A stretch of DNA of 64,000 bases from an uncultured Gemmatimonadota bacterium (GTDB taxonomy: Bacteria > JAAXHH01), in contig CAZQGS010000039.1 of the NCBI GenBank assembly GCA_964593235.1, positions 44,394-108,393 of the forward strand. The letters run 5' to 3'. The translations under genes and the position numbers were made by a program. The notes beneath the pieces are model-generated. The model was not told the DNA's origin, did not search any database, and was given only the letters and a program-made list of their open reading frames with translations. Positions 9,586 to 20,449 of the stretch are shown here, piece after piece; position 1 is the stretch's first letter; each line of letters opens with the position of its first letter.

Positions 9586-11007
9586 ATGAAAGTGGTTGTT
9601 GTTGGCGGTGGCATTGCTGGATTAAGTGCCGCACATAGACTTGTCGAATCAAATCACCCAGGTCTTGAAGTAATACTTCTAGAAGCTTCTGACCGACTAG
9701 GTGGAACTAACCGCACAGTCGAACACGAAGGCTGCATGCTCGAATTGGGCCCCGACGCATTCCTTTCATCCAAACCCTGGTTAACACAACTAGCGGAACG
9801 GTTGGGTGTGGAAGACCAAATCATCACCACAAATCATATCCACCGCAGAGCACAGGTGGTTTATCGGGGGAAACTTCATCGATTGCCTGAGGGATTTCTA
9901 GTTATGGCTCCCACTCGAGTCTGGCCTATGCTAACCACATCTCTTTTTTCCTTCACAGGCAAAATCCGTTGCGCCCTTGAGTTATTTCTACCTCGAAAGT
10001 CTGGAAGTAAAGATGAAAGCCTGGGCTCCTTTGTTCGAAGACGATTTGGCAGAGAAATACTAAGCCGGGTGGTACAGCCCTTAATTGGGGGGATATATGC
10101 CGGCAATCCTGACACGCTTAGCCTTAGAGCTACTATGCCCCGTTTCCTGGAAATGGAAGAAAAATATGGCAGTGTGATTCGGGGGATGTTAGCTCAACGT
10201 AATACAACCGTGAATACTAAAAAGAAATCGACATCTGGAAGTGGCGCTCGGTACGGGGAATTAGTGTCCTTTAACAAAGGGATGGAAACTATTATTCAGG
10301 CATTAAGTTCAAGCCTACCACCGGATATAACGCATACAAAGTCCCTAGTTGTTAGGATTAACCACGAATCTCAAAAATGGAAACTAATTTTAGGTGATGG
10401 TAGGTATTTCCAGGCAGATGCTATTATTCTAGCCCTACCATCTCCGAAAGCTGCTACCCTTTTTCGTGATATAGATAAGTCCCTGCACCGTGAACTATCG
10501 GATATCCCCCATAGTTCTTCAGCTGTTATGAATCTAGTTTATCACCGCTCTGACGTTCCACATCCTTTAGATTGTTTTGGTTTTGTTGTACCTTCCGCAG
10601 AAAAACGTAAGATTACTGCATGTACTTTTAGTAGCGTCAAGTTTCCGAATAGAGCGCCCCAAGAACTAGTTCTAATGCGGGTTTTTATTGGACAAGACTT
10701 GCTCCAAGATACACCCCAAGTTGATGACAAGAAGATTTTGGATGAAGTCCGGAAAGAACTCAAAATCCTTCTGGATATAAAAGTATGCCCGATACACTCT
10801 GTCTTAACTCTATATCCGGATGCTATGCCTCAATATCTTATTAACCATCTGGACAGAATTGAAAGAATAGATTTACTGCTTGAAAATTATCCAAACCTAG
10901 CCCTAGCTGGGAATGCCTACCGAGGAGTAGGGTTACCAGATTGTGTATATTCCGGTGAAAAAGCAGCTGACCGTATTTTAGCTAACAAGGCTCGGCTAGA
11001 GCTTTAG
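9586..11007 (+). CDS. hemY: protoporphyrinogen/coproporphyrinogen III oxidase (HemY/CgoX family, FAD-dependent)
   Basis: N-terminal FAD dinucleotide motif VVVVGGGIAGLSAAHRL. 473 aa. Starts 1 nt after the hemE stop. Confidence 0.8.
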   Translation: MKVVVVGGGIAGLSAAHRLVESNHPGLEVILLEASDRLGGTNRTVEHEGCMLELGPDAFLSSKPWLTQLAERLGVEDQIITTNHIHRRAQVVYRGKLHRLPEGFLVMAPTRVWPMLTTSLFSFTGKIRCALELFLPRKSGSKDESLGSFVRRRFGREILSRVVQPLIGGIYAGNPDTLSLRATMPRFLEMEEKYGSVIRGMLAQRNTTVNTKKKSTSGSGARYGELVSFNKGMETIIQALSSSLPPDITHTKSLVVRINHESQKWKLILGDGRYFQADAIILALPSPKAATLFRDIDKSLHRELSDIPHSSSAVMNLVYHRSDVPHPLDCFGFVVPSAEKRKITACTFSSVKFPNRAPQELVLMRVFIGQDLLQDTPQVDDKKILDEVRKELKILLDIKVCPIHSVLTLYPDAMPQYLINHLDRIERIDLLLENYPNLALAGNAYRGVGLPDCVYSGEKAADRILANKARLEL

Positions 11008-11089
11008 TTAGAGCAGTGCTAGAATACAAAGTTTCTTTGGGCCAGATGAAAAACATTAAAAAAACTCAAAAAGTAAAGTTTTTTACCAT

Positions 11090-12427
11090 TTATCTAACCA
11101 TCCTTCTAAAAGGCTCCTTTTTTAGGTCACACTCCAGGAGTTCTTCCAATGTACCTTGATCAAGTCCTTTTTTAATTACCCTAAAAACTTCATAGGCTAC
11201 CTCACCTAGTTGACAAATATCATCTTCATTGTGCGCCATAGTAACTCTAAAAGAAGTACCAGTATATATACCCCGCACAGACATTTCCTGAATAAATAAA
11301 GTCGAAGCTATAGGGATAAGTTCGGGGGCGGGAAGATCAAATAAAATTCCAGGATTATGTGGCAGACCGACACAAGAACCTGGTAAATCAGCACTAATTA
11401 AGGCTTTGTTTATTGTATCTCTGACTAATTTGCCCATAGAATCGAAGAAAGATACTGAACCACGACGTTTTAGTTCTCTTATTGTTGTTAATGCTGCGAT
11501 CAAACCGACATTATCACTCCAATAGGAACTAGATACAAACATTGACGCCGCTGGTGACATAGCCTCATAGGAACCTACTACAGCTCCCATAGCATAGCCA
11601 TTAGACATAGCTTTAGCTAACGTCGTCATATCCGGAGTCACTTTGGTTAATTCCTGCATACCACCAATCCGTATACGCCATCCACAGGAAACCTCATCAA
11701 AAATTAGGAGTGCCTCATGTTTATGAGTCAAATCCTTTACAGATTCTAAGTAACCTGTCGGTGGAATATCTGACCGAGCTGGTTCCATCATTACTGCTGC
11801 TACTCTCCCATCATATTTTTTCAGAAGGGTCGAAAGCATTTCCAGGTCACCATATTTAAAGGGTATTGCAGTGCCCGCCAAAACTTTAGGTACACCGATC
11901 GGTTCTATACCTGCAAACGGGTATTCGCCACTTTCTGGATCGACAAGATAGTTGGCGGACTGATACCAATCATGCCAACCATGATACCCACAAAAAAGGA
12001 TAATATCTTTTCCAGTAGTACCTCTGGCTATTCGAGCAGCTAATGCACATGTTTCACCACCCGCTTTAGCGTATCGAACCATTTGGGCGCTAGGGATACA
12101 TTGCACAAGTTCCTCAGCAAGTTCAATTTCAAGTGGACCATTTAAAGTATAAATACTACCTCTGTCGATTTGATCTTTAACTGCCTGATCTACCACATCA
12201 TCTGCATGGCCTAGAATAATGGCACTAACTGCATTTTCCATATCAAGATACTCATTTCCGTCCACATCAACGAATCGAGCTCCTTTAGCTCTTTCTGCAT
12301 AAACCGGACTAATCCCACTAGCATGTTGACTTGCCCTTCTACTAATTAATTGGGTACGTCCCGGTATTAATTCTCCAGCTCTTTTATACATAGCCATAGA
12401 TTTTTCCACAGTATACCTAACACCCAT
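11090..12427 (-). CDS. class III aminotransferase, glutamate-1-semialdehyde 2,1-aminomutase-like
   Basis: 445 aa ORF. LIFDEVSCGWRIRIGG...TPDMTTLAKAM aligns with the HemL-family PLP-lysine region. It could be hemL, but it is divergent and paired with a PhyH dioxygenase. Confidence 0.7.
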   Translation of the reverse strand: MGVRYTVEKSMAMYKRAGELIPGRTQLISRRASQHASGISPVYAERAKGARFVDVDGNEYLDMENAVSAIILGHADDVVDQAVKDQIDRGSIYTLNGPLEIELAEELVQCIPSAQMVRYAKAGGETCALAARIARGTTGKDIILFCGYHGWHDWYQSANYLVDPESGEYPFAGIEPIGVPKVLAGTAIPFKYGDLEMLSTLLKKYDGRVAAVMMEPARSDIPPTGYLESVKDLTHKHEALLIFDEVSCGWRIRIGGMQELTKVTPDMTTLAKAMSNGYAMGAVVGSYEAMSPAASMFVSSSYWSDNVGLIAALTTIRELKRRGSVSFFDSMGKLVRDTINKALISADLPGSCVGLPHNPGILFDLPAPELIPIASTLFIQEMSVRGIYTGTSFRVTMAHNEDDICQLGEVAYEVFRVIKKGLDQGTLEELLECDLKKEPFRRMVR

Positions 12428-12468
12428 CAGTTTATTCCTTTCAATATTGGTTTATTTAGTAATTTTAA

Positions 12469-13296
12469 TTAACAACGAGCTCTATACCAGGGTTTAAAAA
12501 GCGCCCGCTGATCGTCGTCCCAACGAGCGAACGTTCTGTCTGTTACAAATTGTGGCTCGTCCATAGTAGCAATATTTTGGGACATCATCCAATAAGGTCC
12601 ATATCCAACGTGTATTGTCTTTCGGACCTGATCTGACAAGTTAGTTATTCCACCATGTCTAAGATTTTCTGTAAACAATATTGCATCTCCAGCCTTTACT
12701 TCAAGAGCTATCATGCCTGGTTCATCATCTGGATGGCTGCCGTATGGACATGGTAACATTGTCTTGTGACTCCCGGGGACAACACAAAACGCTCCCTCAT
12801 TTCGAGATACATCATGAACAAAGTAGATCATACGTACCATCATACAATCAACTTTATTGGCTGTAAAATTATATTTGTACTTCTGATTCTCTTCTCGCAT
12901 TCCACCATGAGAAGGGCTTACATTACCACGAAATCTTATTCGGATTTCAGAATTATTTATTGTGACTCTTCCCTGGATAATTTTGTCGATATATTTCATT
13001 GTCCGAGTGTTGTTCACCAGTATATCAAAACGCGAGTCCGCATTCCAGAAATCTTCAATAATTAGACTACTTCCAGCTGTATTTGATCCATCTACGTGAT
13101 ATCCTAGTTCTGGATTTTGATGGTAGTCTGGGCCCCAAGGACTGATTTTTCTAGGCTCCTCACTCAAATTAATTATGGCGTGCTGTTCCAACTCATTTAC
13201 CGCTGATGATAAAAGCGAGACGTCATTTAAATCCAGTATGTCTCTGATAACGATGAAACCCTGTCGATCAAATTCGTAACTCTCGATTTCGTTCAT
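12469..13296 (-). CDS. PhyH-family Fe(II)/2-oxoglutarate-dependent dioxygenase (paralog 1)
   Basis: 275 aa ORF. N-terminal YEFDRQGFIVIRDIL, an HxD triad motif (GYHVDGS) and a distal His (PGSHKT). Good SD (aaggag) upstream. Confidence 0.7.
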   Translation of the reverse strand: MNEIESYEFDRQGFIVIRDILDLNDVSLLSSAVNELEQHAIINLSEEPRKISPWGPDYHQNPELGYHVDGSNTAGSSLIIEDFWNADSRFDILVNNTRTMKYIDKIIQGRVTINNSEIRIRFRGNVSPSHGGMREENQKYKYNFTANKVDCMMVRMIYFVHDVSRNEGAFCVVPGSHKTMLPCPYGSHPDDEPGMIALEVKAGDAILFTENLRHGGITNLSDQVRKTIHVGYGPYWMMSQNIATMDEPQFVTDRTFARWDDDQRALFKPWYRARC

Positions 13297-13668
13297 GGTA
13301 TCTCCTTAATTTCTCTACTTCCATGACAAGATCTTTCTAAAATTGCTGGTAATTGGTAAACCTTTTTAATATCTTCACAAGAGTCAGTGCTATAATATAT
13401 TATTAAACTTATGTCCCCTCAAAATTTTCTGCCAACTTTTTATAAAATACTATAAGACTAAAATGGTAACAATAAGATGTTCCATAATTTATTTAAACCT
13501 TCGTAAAATTGATGGCTAAACAGATAGTTGACGACTTAACCACAAAACCATATATATAGAGACTGACAGGATATTAATTATTGATCTAGCTCGATCTGGA
13601 TCTAACAAATCTTTAAATACTTCAGACCTTCAGTTAAGTAGATTTGTGGAAGACTTAGGTATAAGATC

Positions 13669-14823
13669 ATGAAAATAGGTATCCCAATTGAGACATGTGA
13701 AGGGGAGCGCCGAGTATCAATTACGCCAGCAGGTGTGACGGTATTGATAAAGGCAGGCTGCACAGTCCTAATTGAAGATAATGCTGGCTTAACGGCTGGA
13801 TTTAGTAATGCCTCTTATGAAGAAGCTGGGGGCAGAATTGTTTCAAATAGAGTTGACATTTTTAATGAAGCTAAAGTCATTACACAAGTTAGAGCTGGTG
13901 GAGCAAATCCTGATTCTGGACTAGCCGACATCAATCATTTGGATCAAGAACAACTACTAGTTGGTTTCCTAGAACCATTATCATCACCATCGGAAATTGA
14001 AATTCTCGCTCAACGACATGTCACTGCTTGCGCGATGGAATTTATACCTAGAACTTCCCGAGCTCAATCAATGGACGCTCTCTCATCTCAGGCCAATATC
14101 GCTGGGTACAAGGCTGGCTTAATGGCAGCCGAAAGTCTTCCAAAGATGTTCCCCATGATGATGACAGCCGCCGGAACGATTACTCCAGCTCATGTTTTTG
14201 TTGTAGGAGTCGGGGTTGCAGGGCTCCAAGCTATTGCCACATGTAAACGGCTAGGAGCAGTAATTCAAGCATATGATGTTCGTCCTGCTGTCAAGGATCA
14301 AGTCCAAAGTGTTGGAGCCCGTTTTGTAGAATTAGAACTCGATACTTCAGCATCGGAAGATGCTGGCGGCTACGCCCAAGCAATGGATGAAAACTTTTAT
14401 GCCAAACAGCGTGAAATGATGACTCGCGTTGTTGGATCAAATGATGTGGTGATCACAACTGCCGCTGTACCGGGGAAAAAAGCGCCGGTATTAGTAACGG
14501 AAGAAATGGTGAAAGGCATGAAAGCGGGGTCTGTTATAATCGACCTAGCTGCTGAACGTGGAGGCAATTGTGAACTAACAAACCCAGGAACCACTGTCAT
14601 CAAACATGGAGTGACTATAGTCGGAGAATTGAACCTTCCATCTAAAGTTCCCTTCCATGCTAGTCAGATGTATTCAAATAATATAGTAAACTTTCTTAAA
14701 TTGTTGATTAATGATGGCTCTTTGGATCCAGATGTTGATGATGATATCGTGCAGAGTTCGACCATAACCCGAAATGGAAAAGTGGTCAACGAACAAGTAA
14801 ATATCCTTCTTACTGGCACCTAA
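13669..14823 (+). CDS. pntAA: NAD(P) transhydrogenase subunit alpha part 1 (dI)
   Basis: MKIGIPIETCEGERRV... with an alanine-dehydrogenase-like NAD-binding fold (VVGVGVAGLQAI). Confidence 0.85.
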   Translation: MKIGIPIETCEGERRVSITPAGVTVLIKAGCTVLIEDNAGLTAGFSNASYEEAGGRIVSNRVDIFNEAKVITQVRAGGANPDSGLADINHLDQEQLLVGFLEPLSSPSEIEILAQRHVTACAMEFIPRTSRAQSMDALSSQANIAGYKAGLMAAESLPKMFPMMMTAAGTITPAHVFVVGVGVAGLQAIATCKRLGAVIQAYDVRPAVKDQVQSVGARFVELELDTSASEDAGGYAQAMDENFYAKQREMMTRVVGSNDVVITTAAVPGKKAPVLVTEEMVKGMKAGSVIIDLAAERGGNCELTNPGTTVIKHGVTIVGELNLPSKVPFHASQMYSNNIVNFLKLLINDGSLDPDVDDDIVQSSTITRNGKVVNEQVNILLTGT

Positions 14824-14863
14824 AAGCGCTGTCACGGCAACGACATAATCAAGGGGTGACATT

Positions 14864-15145
14864 ATGGGCGAAACAATTGCCGTCCTGACTATATTTATTC
14901 TAGCTATATTTGTTGGTTTTGAAGTAATTACCAAAGTACCACCGATATTGCACACACCCCTTATGTCCGGTTCGAATGCAATATCAGGTATTACAATTAT
15001 TGGTGCTATACTTTCAACGGGAACAGAGTACTCTACACTAACCACTATTTTAGGCTTCATTGCTGTTGTTTTTGCAACCCTCAATGTTGTCGGTGGTTAT
15101 TTGGTTACCAATCGGATGCTCGACATGTTTAAACGAAAGGATTGA
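14864..15145 (+). CDS. pntAB: NAD(P) transhydrogenase subunit alpha part 2 (small membrane dII fragment)
   Basis: 93 aa, three hydrophobic helices, located between pntAA and pntB. This is the three-gene arrangement seen in Rhodospirillum-type transhydrogenases. Confidence 0.75.
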   Translation: MGETIAVLTIFILAIFVGFEVITKVPPILHTPLMSGSNAISGITIIGAILSTGTEYSTLTTILGFIAVVFATLNVVGGYLVTNRMLDMFKRKD

Positions 15146-15149
15146 TCAA

Positions 15150-16541
15150 ATGTCAGCTGATATCATCCGGATAGCCTATTTGGTAGCCGCCTCATTTTTT
15201 ATCCTGGGGTTAAAAGGACTTTCCCACCCTAGAACTGCAGTCAGGGGTAATCGGCTCAGTGCTCTAGGAATGTTTATCGCGATTCTAGTTACCCTGATCG
15301 ATCAACAAATAGTCGGTTTCGAAGTCATTGCTGCAGGAATTATCCTGGGAGGCACCATTGGTGCCATATGGGCATTAAAAGTTCCTATGACTGCTATGCC
15401 CCAGTTTGTTGGACTTTGTAATGGATTTGGTGGGGGGGCTTCGGTATTAGTAGCTGGAGCAGCATACCTAGAAGCTTCTTCCAGTATCATGACACTGCAA
15501 TTTGGCATTTCAACTATGATCTCCAGTTTAATTGGAGGAATAACTTTCTGGGGAAGTTTAATTGCTTTTGGAAAACTACAAGGCCTCATTTCAGAAAAAG
15601 CTGTTCGTTTTGCTGGGGACCATTTTATAAAAGCCTTATTATTGGGCGGAACTGTAGTTACTGGTTTTCTTGGGATTTTAAACCCAGAAGATACTGAATA
15701 CTATTGGATCATGCTAGGCTTAGCGTCTATCCTAGGTATACTCCTAGTAACCCCAATTGGTGGCGCAGATATGCCTGTTGTGATCGCTCTATTGAATTCT
15801 TACTCTGGAATGGCAGCAGCAGCGACTGGCTTTGTTCTGTCCAACAATGTGTTGATCATTGCTGGGTCTCTTGTTGGGGCATCAGGGTTAATTCTCACAA
15901 GTATAATGTGCAAAGCCATGAATCGGTCGTTGACCAATGTGATTTTTGCTGGAGTTGGAGCCGAATCGGATTCGGAAACCTCTGGATCTGAAGATGACAT
16001 ATATGAAGGAAAAGTTAAATCTACAACTGCTGAAGAAATTGCCATGGTACTTGATAGTGCCCAACGCGTAGTTATTGTCCCAGGGTACGGGATGGCGGTG
16101 GCACAAGCCCAGCATGCTGTAAGAGACCTTGCCAACCAACTAGAGTCAGCTGACATTGAGGTCATTTTTGCGATTCATCCAGTCGCCGGACGTATGCCCG
16201 GACATATGAATGTCCTTTTGGCTGAAGCAGATGTACCCTATGATCAACTCAAAGAAATGGACGAAGCTAATGGCGGATTTGAACAGACTGACGTAACTAT
16301 TGTAATTGGGGCTAATGATGTAGTAAATCCACTAGCCCGAGATGCAGCCGACACCCCTTTAACAGGTATGCCAATTCTAAATGTTGATAAATCTCGAACA
16401 GTAGTGGTTATAAAACGTAGTTTAAGTCCCGGTTTTGCTGGGATTCCTAATCCGCTATTTGCTGCAGAAAACTGCCTAATGCTTTTTGCTGATGGTAAAG
16501 AGGCCGTTCAGGAATTATCAACAGCCATGAAAGAAATCTAG
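15150..16541 (+). CDS. pntB: NAD(P) transhydrogenase subunit beta
   Basis: The true start is most likely ATG 15150 (MSADIIRIAYLVAASFFILGLKGLSHP, the canonical PntB N-terminus), not the upstream ATG 15060 that overlaps pntAB. The C-terminal dIII NADP-binding domain is present. Confidence 0.85.
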   Translation: MSADIIRIAYLVAASFFILGLKGLSHPRTAVRGNRLSALGMFIAILVTLIDQQIVGFEVIAAGIILGGTIGAIWALKVPMTAMPQFVGLCNGFGGGASVLVAGAAYLEASSSIMTLQFGISTMISSLIGGITFWGSLIAFGKLQGLISEKAVRFAGDHFIKALLLGGTVVTGFLGILNPEDTEYYWIMLGLASILGILLVTPIGGADMPVVIALLNSYSGMAAAATGFVLSNNVLIIAGSLVGASGLILTSIMCKAMNRSLTNVIFAGVGAESDSETSGSEDDIYEGKVKSTTAEEIAMVLDSAQRVVIVPGYGMAVAQAQHAVRDLANQLESADIEVIFAIHPVAGRMPGHMNVLLAEADVPYDQLKEMDEANGGFEQTDVTIVIGANDVVNPLARDAADTPLTGMPILNVDKSRTVVVIKRSLSPGFAGIPNPLFAAENCLMLFADGKEAVQELSTAMKEI

Positions 16542-16593
16542 ATCTACAATACTAAAGATCTCTACAAACTGAAAAGTCAAGAAAGGAGTAAAA

Positions 16594-17775
16594 ATGGCCT
16601 CTATCGGGACGCCTTTGTCAGATACAGCTACAAGGATTTTGATGTGCGGTGCAGGCGAATTAGGTAAGGAAGTGGTCATTGAATTCCAACGTCTTGGTGT
16701 AGAAGTGGTGGCTGTAGACAGATATGCTAATGCACCTGCCATGCAGGTAGCACATCGTTCATATGTTGTAGATATGCGTGATGGAGCTGCGCTACGTAGA
16801 GTGATTGAAAAAGAAAAGCCTGATTTAATTGTCCCTGAAATAGAAGCAATAGCAACTGATGAGCTTTTAAAGTTAGAAGCTGAAGGTTTCTCTATAGTAC
16901 CTACTGCTAGAGCTGTCCACCTCACCATGAACCGTGAAGGGATTCGCCGTCTGGTTGCTGAAGAACTTGGTCTTCCTACGTCACCCTACAGATTTGCTGA
17001 AGTTTTTGACGAATATGAGCAAGCAGTTGAGCAAATTGGGATTCCCTGTGTTATAAAACCAGTAATGAGTTCATCAGGTAAAGGCCAAAGTACTATCCGT
17101 GATAGGTCAGATATAAATAGAGCCTGGCAGCGAGCTCATGACGAAACTAGGGGAGTTGCAAGTAAAGTAATTATTGAGGGATTGGTTGAATTCGATTATG
17201 AAATCACATTGCTGACTATTCGTCATGTTGATGGAACAAGTTTTTGTCTTCCGATCGGTCATCAACAAATAGCAGGAGACTATCGTTATTCATGGCAACC
17301 ACAACCTATGACTGAGAATGCTTGGGGAAATGCAAAAGACACGGCAAAAAAAGTTACCGATGCCTTGGGAGGTTATGGTGTTTTTGGAGTTGAATTATTT
17401 ATAAAAAACAACGATGTTTTATTTAGTGAAGTATCTCCGAGACCGCATGATACAGGTTTAGTAACCCTTATTTCACAGGATCTCTCTGAATTTGCACTTC
17501 ATGCAAGGGCGGTTTTAGGGCTTCCAATACCTAAAATACATCACCATGGTCCCTCTGCTTCGGCTGCACTGGTTGCTGGTGGTGATTCGCGACAGATTAA
17601 ATATAATAATTTAGAAGTAGCTCTTTCCCAACCAGATACCAACCTACTTCTTTTCGGGAAGCCGGATATTTCCGGCCATAGGCGACTAGGTGTAGCTATC
17701 GCACGAGGCTCAGATATTGATATAGCCCGTGCTAAGGCTGTCACAGCAATAGAATCTATACATATTGAACTTTAG
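16594..17775 (+). CDS. purT: formate-dependent phosphoribosylglycinamide formyltransferase (GAR transformylase 2)
   Basis: ATP-grasp protein of 393 aa. N-terminus [25 protein letters not shown] is the PurT signature. Confidence 0.9.
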   Translation: MASIGTPLSDTATRILMCGAGELGKEVVIEFQRLGVEVVAVDRYANAPAMQVAHRSYVVDMRDGAALRRVIEKEKPDLIVPEIEAIATDELLKLEAEGFSIVPTARAVHLTMNREGIRRLVAEELGLPTSPYRFAEVFDEYEQAVEQIGIPCVIKPVMSSSGKGQSTIRDRSDINRAWQRAHDETRGVASKVIIEGLVEFDYEITLLTIRHVDGTSFCLPIGHQQIAGDYRYSWQPQPMTENAWGNAKDTAKKVTDALGGYGVFGVELFIKNNDVLFSEVSPRPHDTGLVTLISQDLSEFALHARAVLGLPIPKIHHHGPSASAALVAGGDSRQIKYNNLEVALSQPDTNLLLFGKPDISGHRRLGVAIARGSDIDIARAKAVTAIESIHIEL

Positions 17776-17837
17776 CCGATCTTTTAAACCATAAAAAGAA
17801 GACCGTGACCTGATATCAGTATTGTTAAGGAGTAATA

Positions 17838-18695
17838 ATGCAAGCCAAAAAAGATTCCCCTATACAAATTGATAATCGTGAATGGGGCGTCCTTACTCAA
17901 GGTGACCGTATTAGAATGATTGAAGAGGAAGGATATTTAATAATCCCTGATTGGATAAACTCAGATCACCTGAAGGCCTTAAAACAAGAATGCGAAAAAC
18001 TAGAAACAGTTGGTAGAGACTATAGCGAAAAACAGAGGGGCTGCAATAACCCTCATCTTAAAAGCAGACAATTGGCTGATCTAATCGCTTATGCACCCAC
18101 AATTAATTTTCTGGAAAAACTTTTTGGAGATCAGCTAGTATTTCTTCATTATACCTATGACCGTTCGGACCCTGGTACTCCCGGAATAAGCCTTCACACG
18201 GATGGACAGCCCTACGGATCAAAAATATTTGGTTATGAAGGGAGCTGCCCAATTACTGTTAGAGTACTCTATTATCTTGATGACCTGACTCTTGATGTAT
18301 CACCTTTTCGGGTGATTCCAAGATCACACCTATGTATGCACTCGGATGCTAATCCATACAAAAGGTACGACCGGCATCCCGAAGAAGTTATTGTACCCTG
18401 TACCGCAGGTTCAGCACTATTTTTGAACCATAAAGTATTTCATGGTACATTACCTAATAAGGGTACTCGGTCAAGATCAATGTTGGCTGTTGCCTACCGC
18501 CCAAGCTGGTCAGGTCCTATTGTCAATGTCCCTTCTCGAAACTCCTCAGAACTTGACCAGATGCCTAAAAACGTCCTACCCTATATGGCTGATCCCAACA
18601 TACGATTATACGATTTTGATACCAATAATAAACCTCAAGGAATGATATCAGAAGCCCCTGGAATGAACCCGAGTAGGTGGCAAAGAAAAACTTAA
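17838..18695 (+). CDS. PhyH-family Fe(II)/2-oxoglutarate-dependent dioxygenase (paralog 2)
   Basis: 285 aa ORF with HxD (SLHTDGQ) and distal His. SD aaggag upstream. Confidence 0.65.
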   Translation: MQAKKDSPIQIDNREWGVLTQGDRIRMIEEEGYLIIPDWINSDHLKALKQECEKLETVGRDYSEKQRGCNNPHLKSRQLADLIAYAPTINFLEKLFGDQLVFLHYTYDRSDPGTPGISLHTDGQPYGSKIFGYEGSCPITVRVLYYLDDLTLDVSPFRVIPRSHLCMHSDANPYKRYDRHPEEVIVPCTAGSALFLNHKVFHGTLPNKGTRSRSMLAVAYRPSWSGPIVNVPSRNSSELDQMPKNVLPYMADPNIRLYDFDTNNKPQGMISEAPGMNPSRWQRKT

Positions 18696-18777
18696 ACCAA
18701 GAAAATTCTTACTACCGATTTCATAGTAGGTTAAATAACTAAAACCAAAATATTTTTTTAACTATGGGAGTACTCCA

Positions 18778-19422
18778 ATGCCAAAAGCTTTATTCGTCTG
18801 GGGAGGCTGGGAAGGTCATGAGCCCAAAGATACTCAGGACGTCTTCATTCCACTTCTGGAAATGGAGGGATACAAAATTACTCAGAGTGACAATCTTGAT
18901 TCCTATCTTGATTCCGAAGCAATGAAGACCTATGACCTCATCGTACAAACTGTAACCATGAGTACTATCACTGGGGCTCAGGAAAAAGCACTTTTAGATA
19001 CCATCGCGAGTGGTACTGGTTTTGGAGGGTGGCATGGAGGCCAAGCAGATGCTTTTCGTAATAACACTAATTACCAGTACATGGTAGGTGGTCAATGGGT
19101 GTCCCATCCTGGAGGTATAATTAACTATCAAGTCAATATTCTTGACCATCAAGATCCTATAACTGCTGGCTTGGATGACTTTGCAATGCATTCGGAGCAG
19201 TACTACATGCATGTTGACCCCTCTAATCATGTGCTAGCAACGACAACCTTTAGCGGGGATAATGATGCTTGGGTTGAGGGGACCGTGATGCCCGTTGCAT
19301 GGAAACGGAGATGGGGTAAGGGGAAAGTTTTTCATTGTACTCTCGGCCATGTTGCCGCCGATTTTAAAGTTACAGCAGCTAAAGAAATTGTACGACGTGG
19401 CTTGATCTGGTGCACACGCTAA
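18778..19422 (+). CDS. ThuA-like (type-1 glutamine amidotransferase-like fold) protein
   Basis: 214 aa ORF. The pattern [13 protein letters not shown]...[10 protein letters not shown] is characteristic of the ThuA / trehalose-utilisation family. Confidence 0.6.
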   Translation: MPKALFVWGGWEGHEPKDTQDVFIPLLEMEGYKITQSDNLDSYLDSEAMKTYDLIVQTVTMSTITGAQEKALLDTIASGTGFGGWHGGQADAFRNNTNYQYMVGGQWVSHPGGIINYQVNILDHQDPITAGLDDFAMHSEQYYMHVDPSNHVLATTTFSGDNDAWVEGTVMPVAWKRRWGKGKVFHCTLGHVAADFKVTAAKEIVRRGLIWCTR

Positions 19423-19540
19423 TTTTATTCTTTACTTTGTTGACTTAGATATATATCTTACTGGGGAAAATGTAGATTCAAGGCTACTTCATCTAATAAT
19501 ATATATTGATTCTAAATAATGAATAAGGTAGGAGGTTTTT

Positions 19541-20176
19541 ATGGGTTTACGGTTAATGGATGAAGCCCCAAATTTTACAGCGGCTAGCACCGAAGGGACT
19601 ATTCATTTTCATGAATGGCTTGGTGAAAGCTGGGGAATTCTATTTTCGCATCCGGCTGATTATACGCCTGTATGTACGACTGAATTAGGCTATATGGCAA
19701 GTATTTCCAGTGAATTTGCTAAACGAAACGTTAAGATTCTTGCCGTAAGTGTGGACCCACTTGATTCACACCAAGGATGGATAAGCGATATTAATGAAAC
19801 ACAGAACACCACGGTTAATTATCCACTGATAGCAGATCCAGACCAAACTGTTGCTCAGTTGTACGATATGATCCATCCTAACGCTAATGATAAGATGACC
19901 GTACGTTCAGTATTTGTGATTGGTCCAGATAAGAAGATCAAACTAATACTGACATATCCAGCATCCACTGGGCGCAATTTTGATGAACTCCTTCGTGTCA
20001 TAGACTCGTTGCAATTAACTGCTAACCATAAACTGGCAACGCCGGCAAACTGGACTGATGGCGAGGATTGCATTATTATCCCAGCAGTTACAGACGAAGA
20101 AGCAAATGAAAAATACAGTGATATTAGGCGGGTTAAACCTTACTTGCGTTATGTTGAACAACCCAAGAATGGATAA
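19541..20176 (+). CDS. 1-Cys peroxiredoxin (Prx6-like)
   Basis: HPADYTPVCTTELG peroxidatic-Cys motif. 211 aa. Confidence 0.85.
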   Translation: MGLRLMDEAPNFTAASTEGTIHFHEWLGESWGILFSHPADYTPVCTTELGYMASISSEFAKRNVKILAVSVDPLDSHQGWISDINETQNTTVNYPLIADPDQTVAQLYDMIHPNANDKMTVRSVFVIGPDKKIKLILTYPASTGRNFDELLRVIDSLQLTANHKLATPANWTDGEDCIIIPAVTDEEANEKYSDIRRVKPYLRYVEQPKNG

Positions 20177-20200
20177 AAATATTACAGAGCAAGACAGAAA

Positions 20201-20233
20201 AAAGACGCCTACCGCTGGGCGTCTTTTTTTTAA
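20201..20233 (+). terminator. rho-independent terminator downstream of peroxiredoxin
   Basis: Stem agacgcc/ggcgtct (7 bp, extendable by A/U pairs), an 8-nt loop, then a T-tract of at least 8 nt. Confidence 0.8.
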
Positions 20234-20449
20234 CTAACTTTTATTCCCCTGGTTCGTTTTATTTCTTCCAGAAATTTATGTTAATCTTTAACTAGTGAAT
20301 TTCTGTTATATTATTCTCAAAATTTGCTTTTTTTAACCAATATCCCTTAAAATACAATAATTACTTTGACAGATAACATGGTTTCAACTATCGTGCTGAA
20401 ATATGTTCGAAGGTTCTAATAAAAATACTAAGAGGATCTGGCGATTTAA

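Noticed and set aside
11090-12427. Calling the class III aminotransferase hemL because it sits beside hemE-hemY
   Set aside because: It is on the opposite strand and convergent with the hem pair, and co-directional with and 41 nt from a PhyH dioxygenase. The sequence is HemL-like but divergent, so it is kept as GSA-aminomutase-like with no gene symbol.
13297-13668. 370-nt AT-rich divergent intergenic region between the PhyH (-) and pntAA (+) starts, as a possible ncRNA or riboswitch
   Set aside because: There are only scattered TATAAT-like hexamers and no conserved-looking stem-loop architecture. It is most simply a divergent promoter region; no feature is supportable by eye.
15060-15149. 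Upstream ATG start for pntB overlapping pntAB
   Set aside because: The canonical PntB N-terminus begins at ATG 15150, right after the pntAB stop. The 30-codon upstream extension would overlap the preceding gene in another frame.
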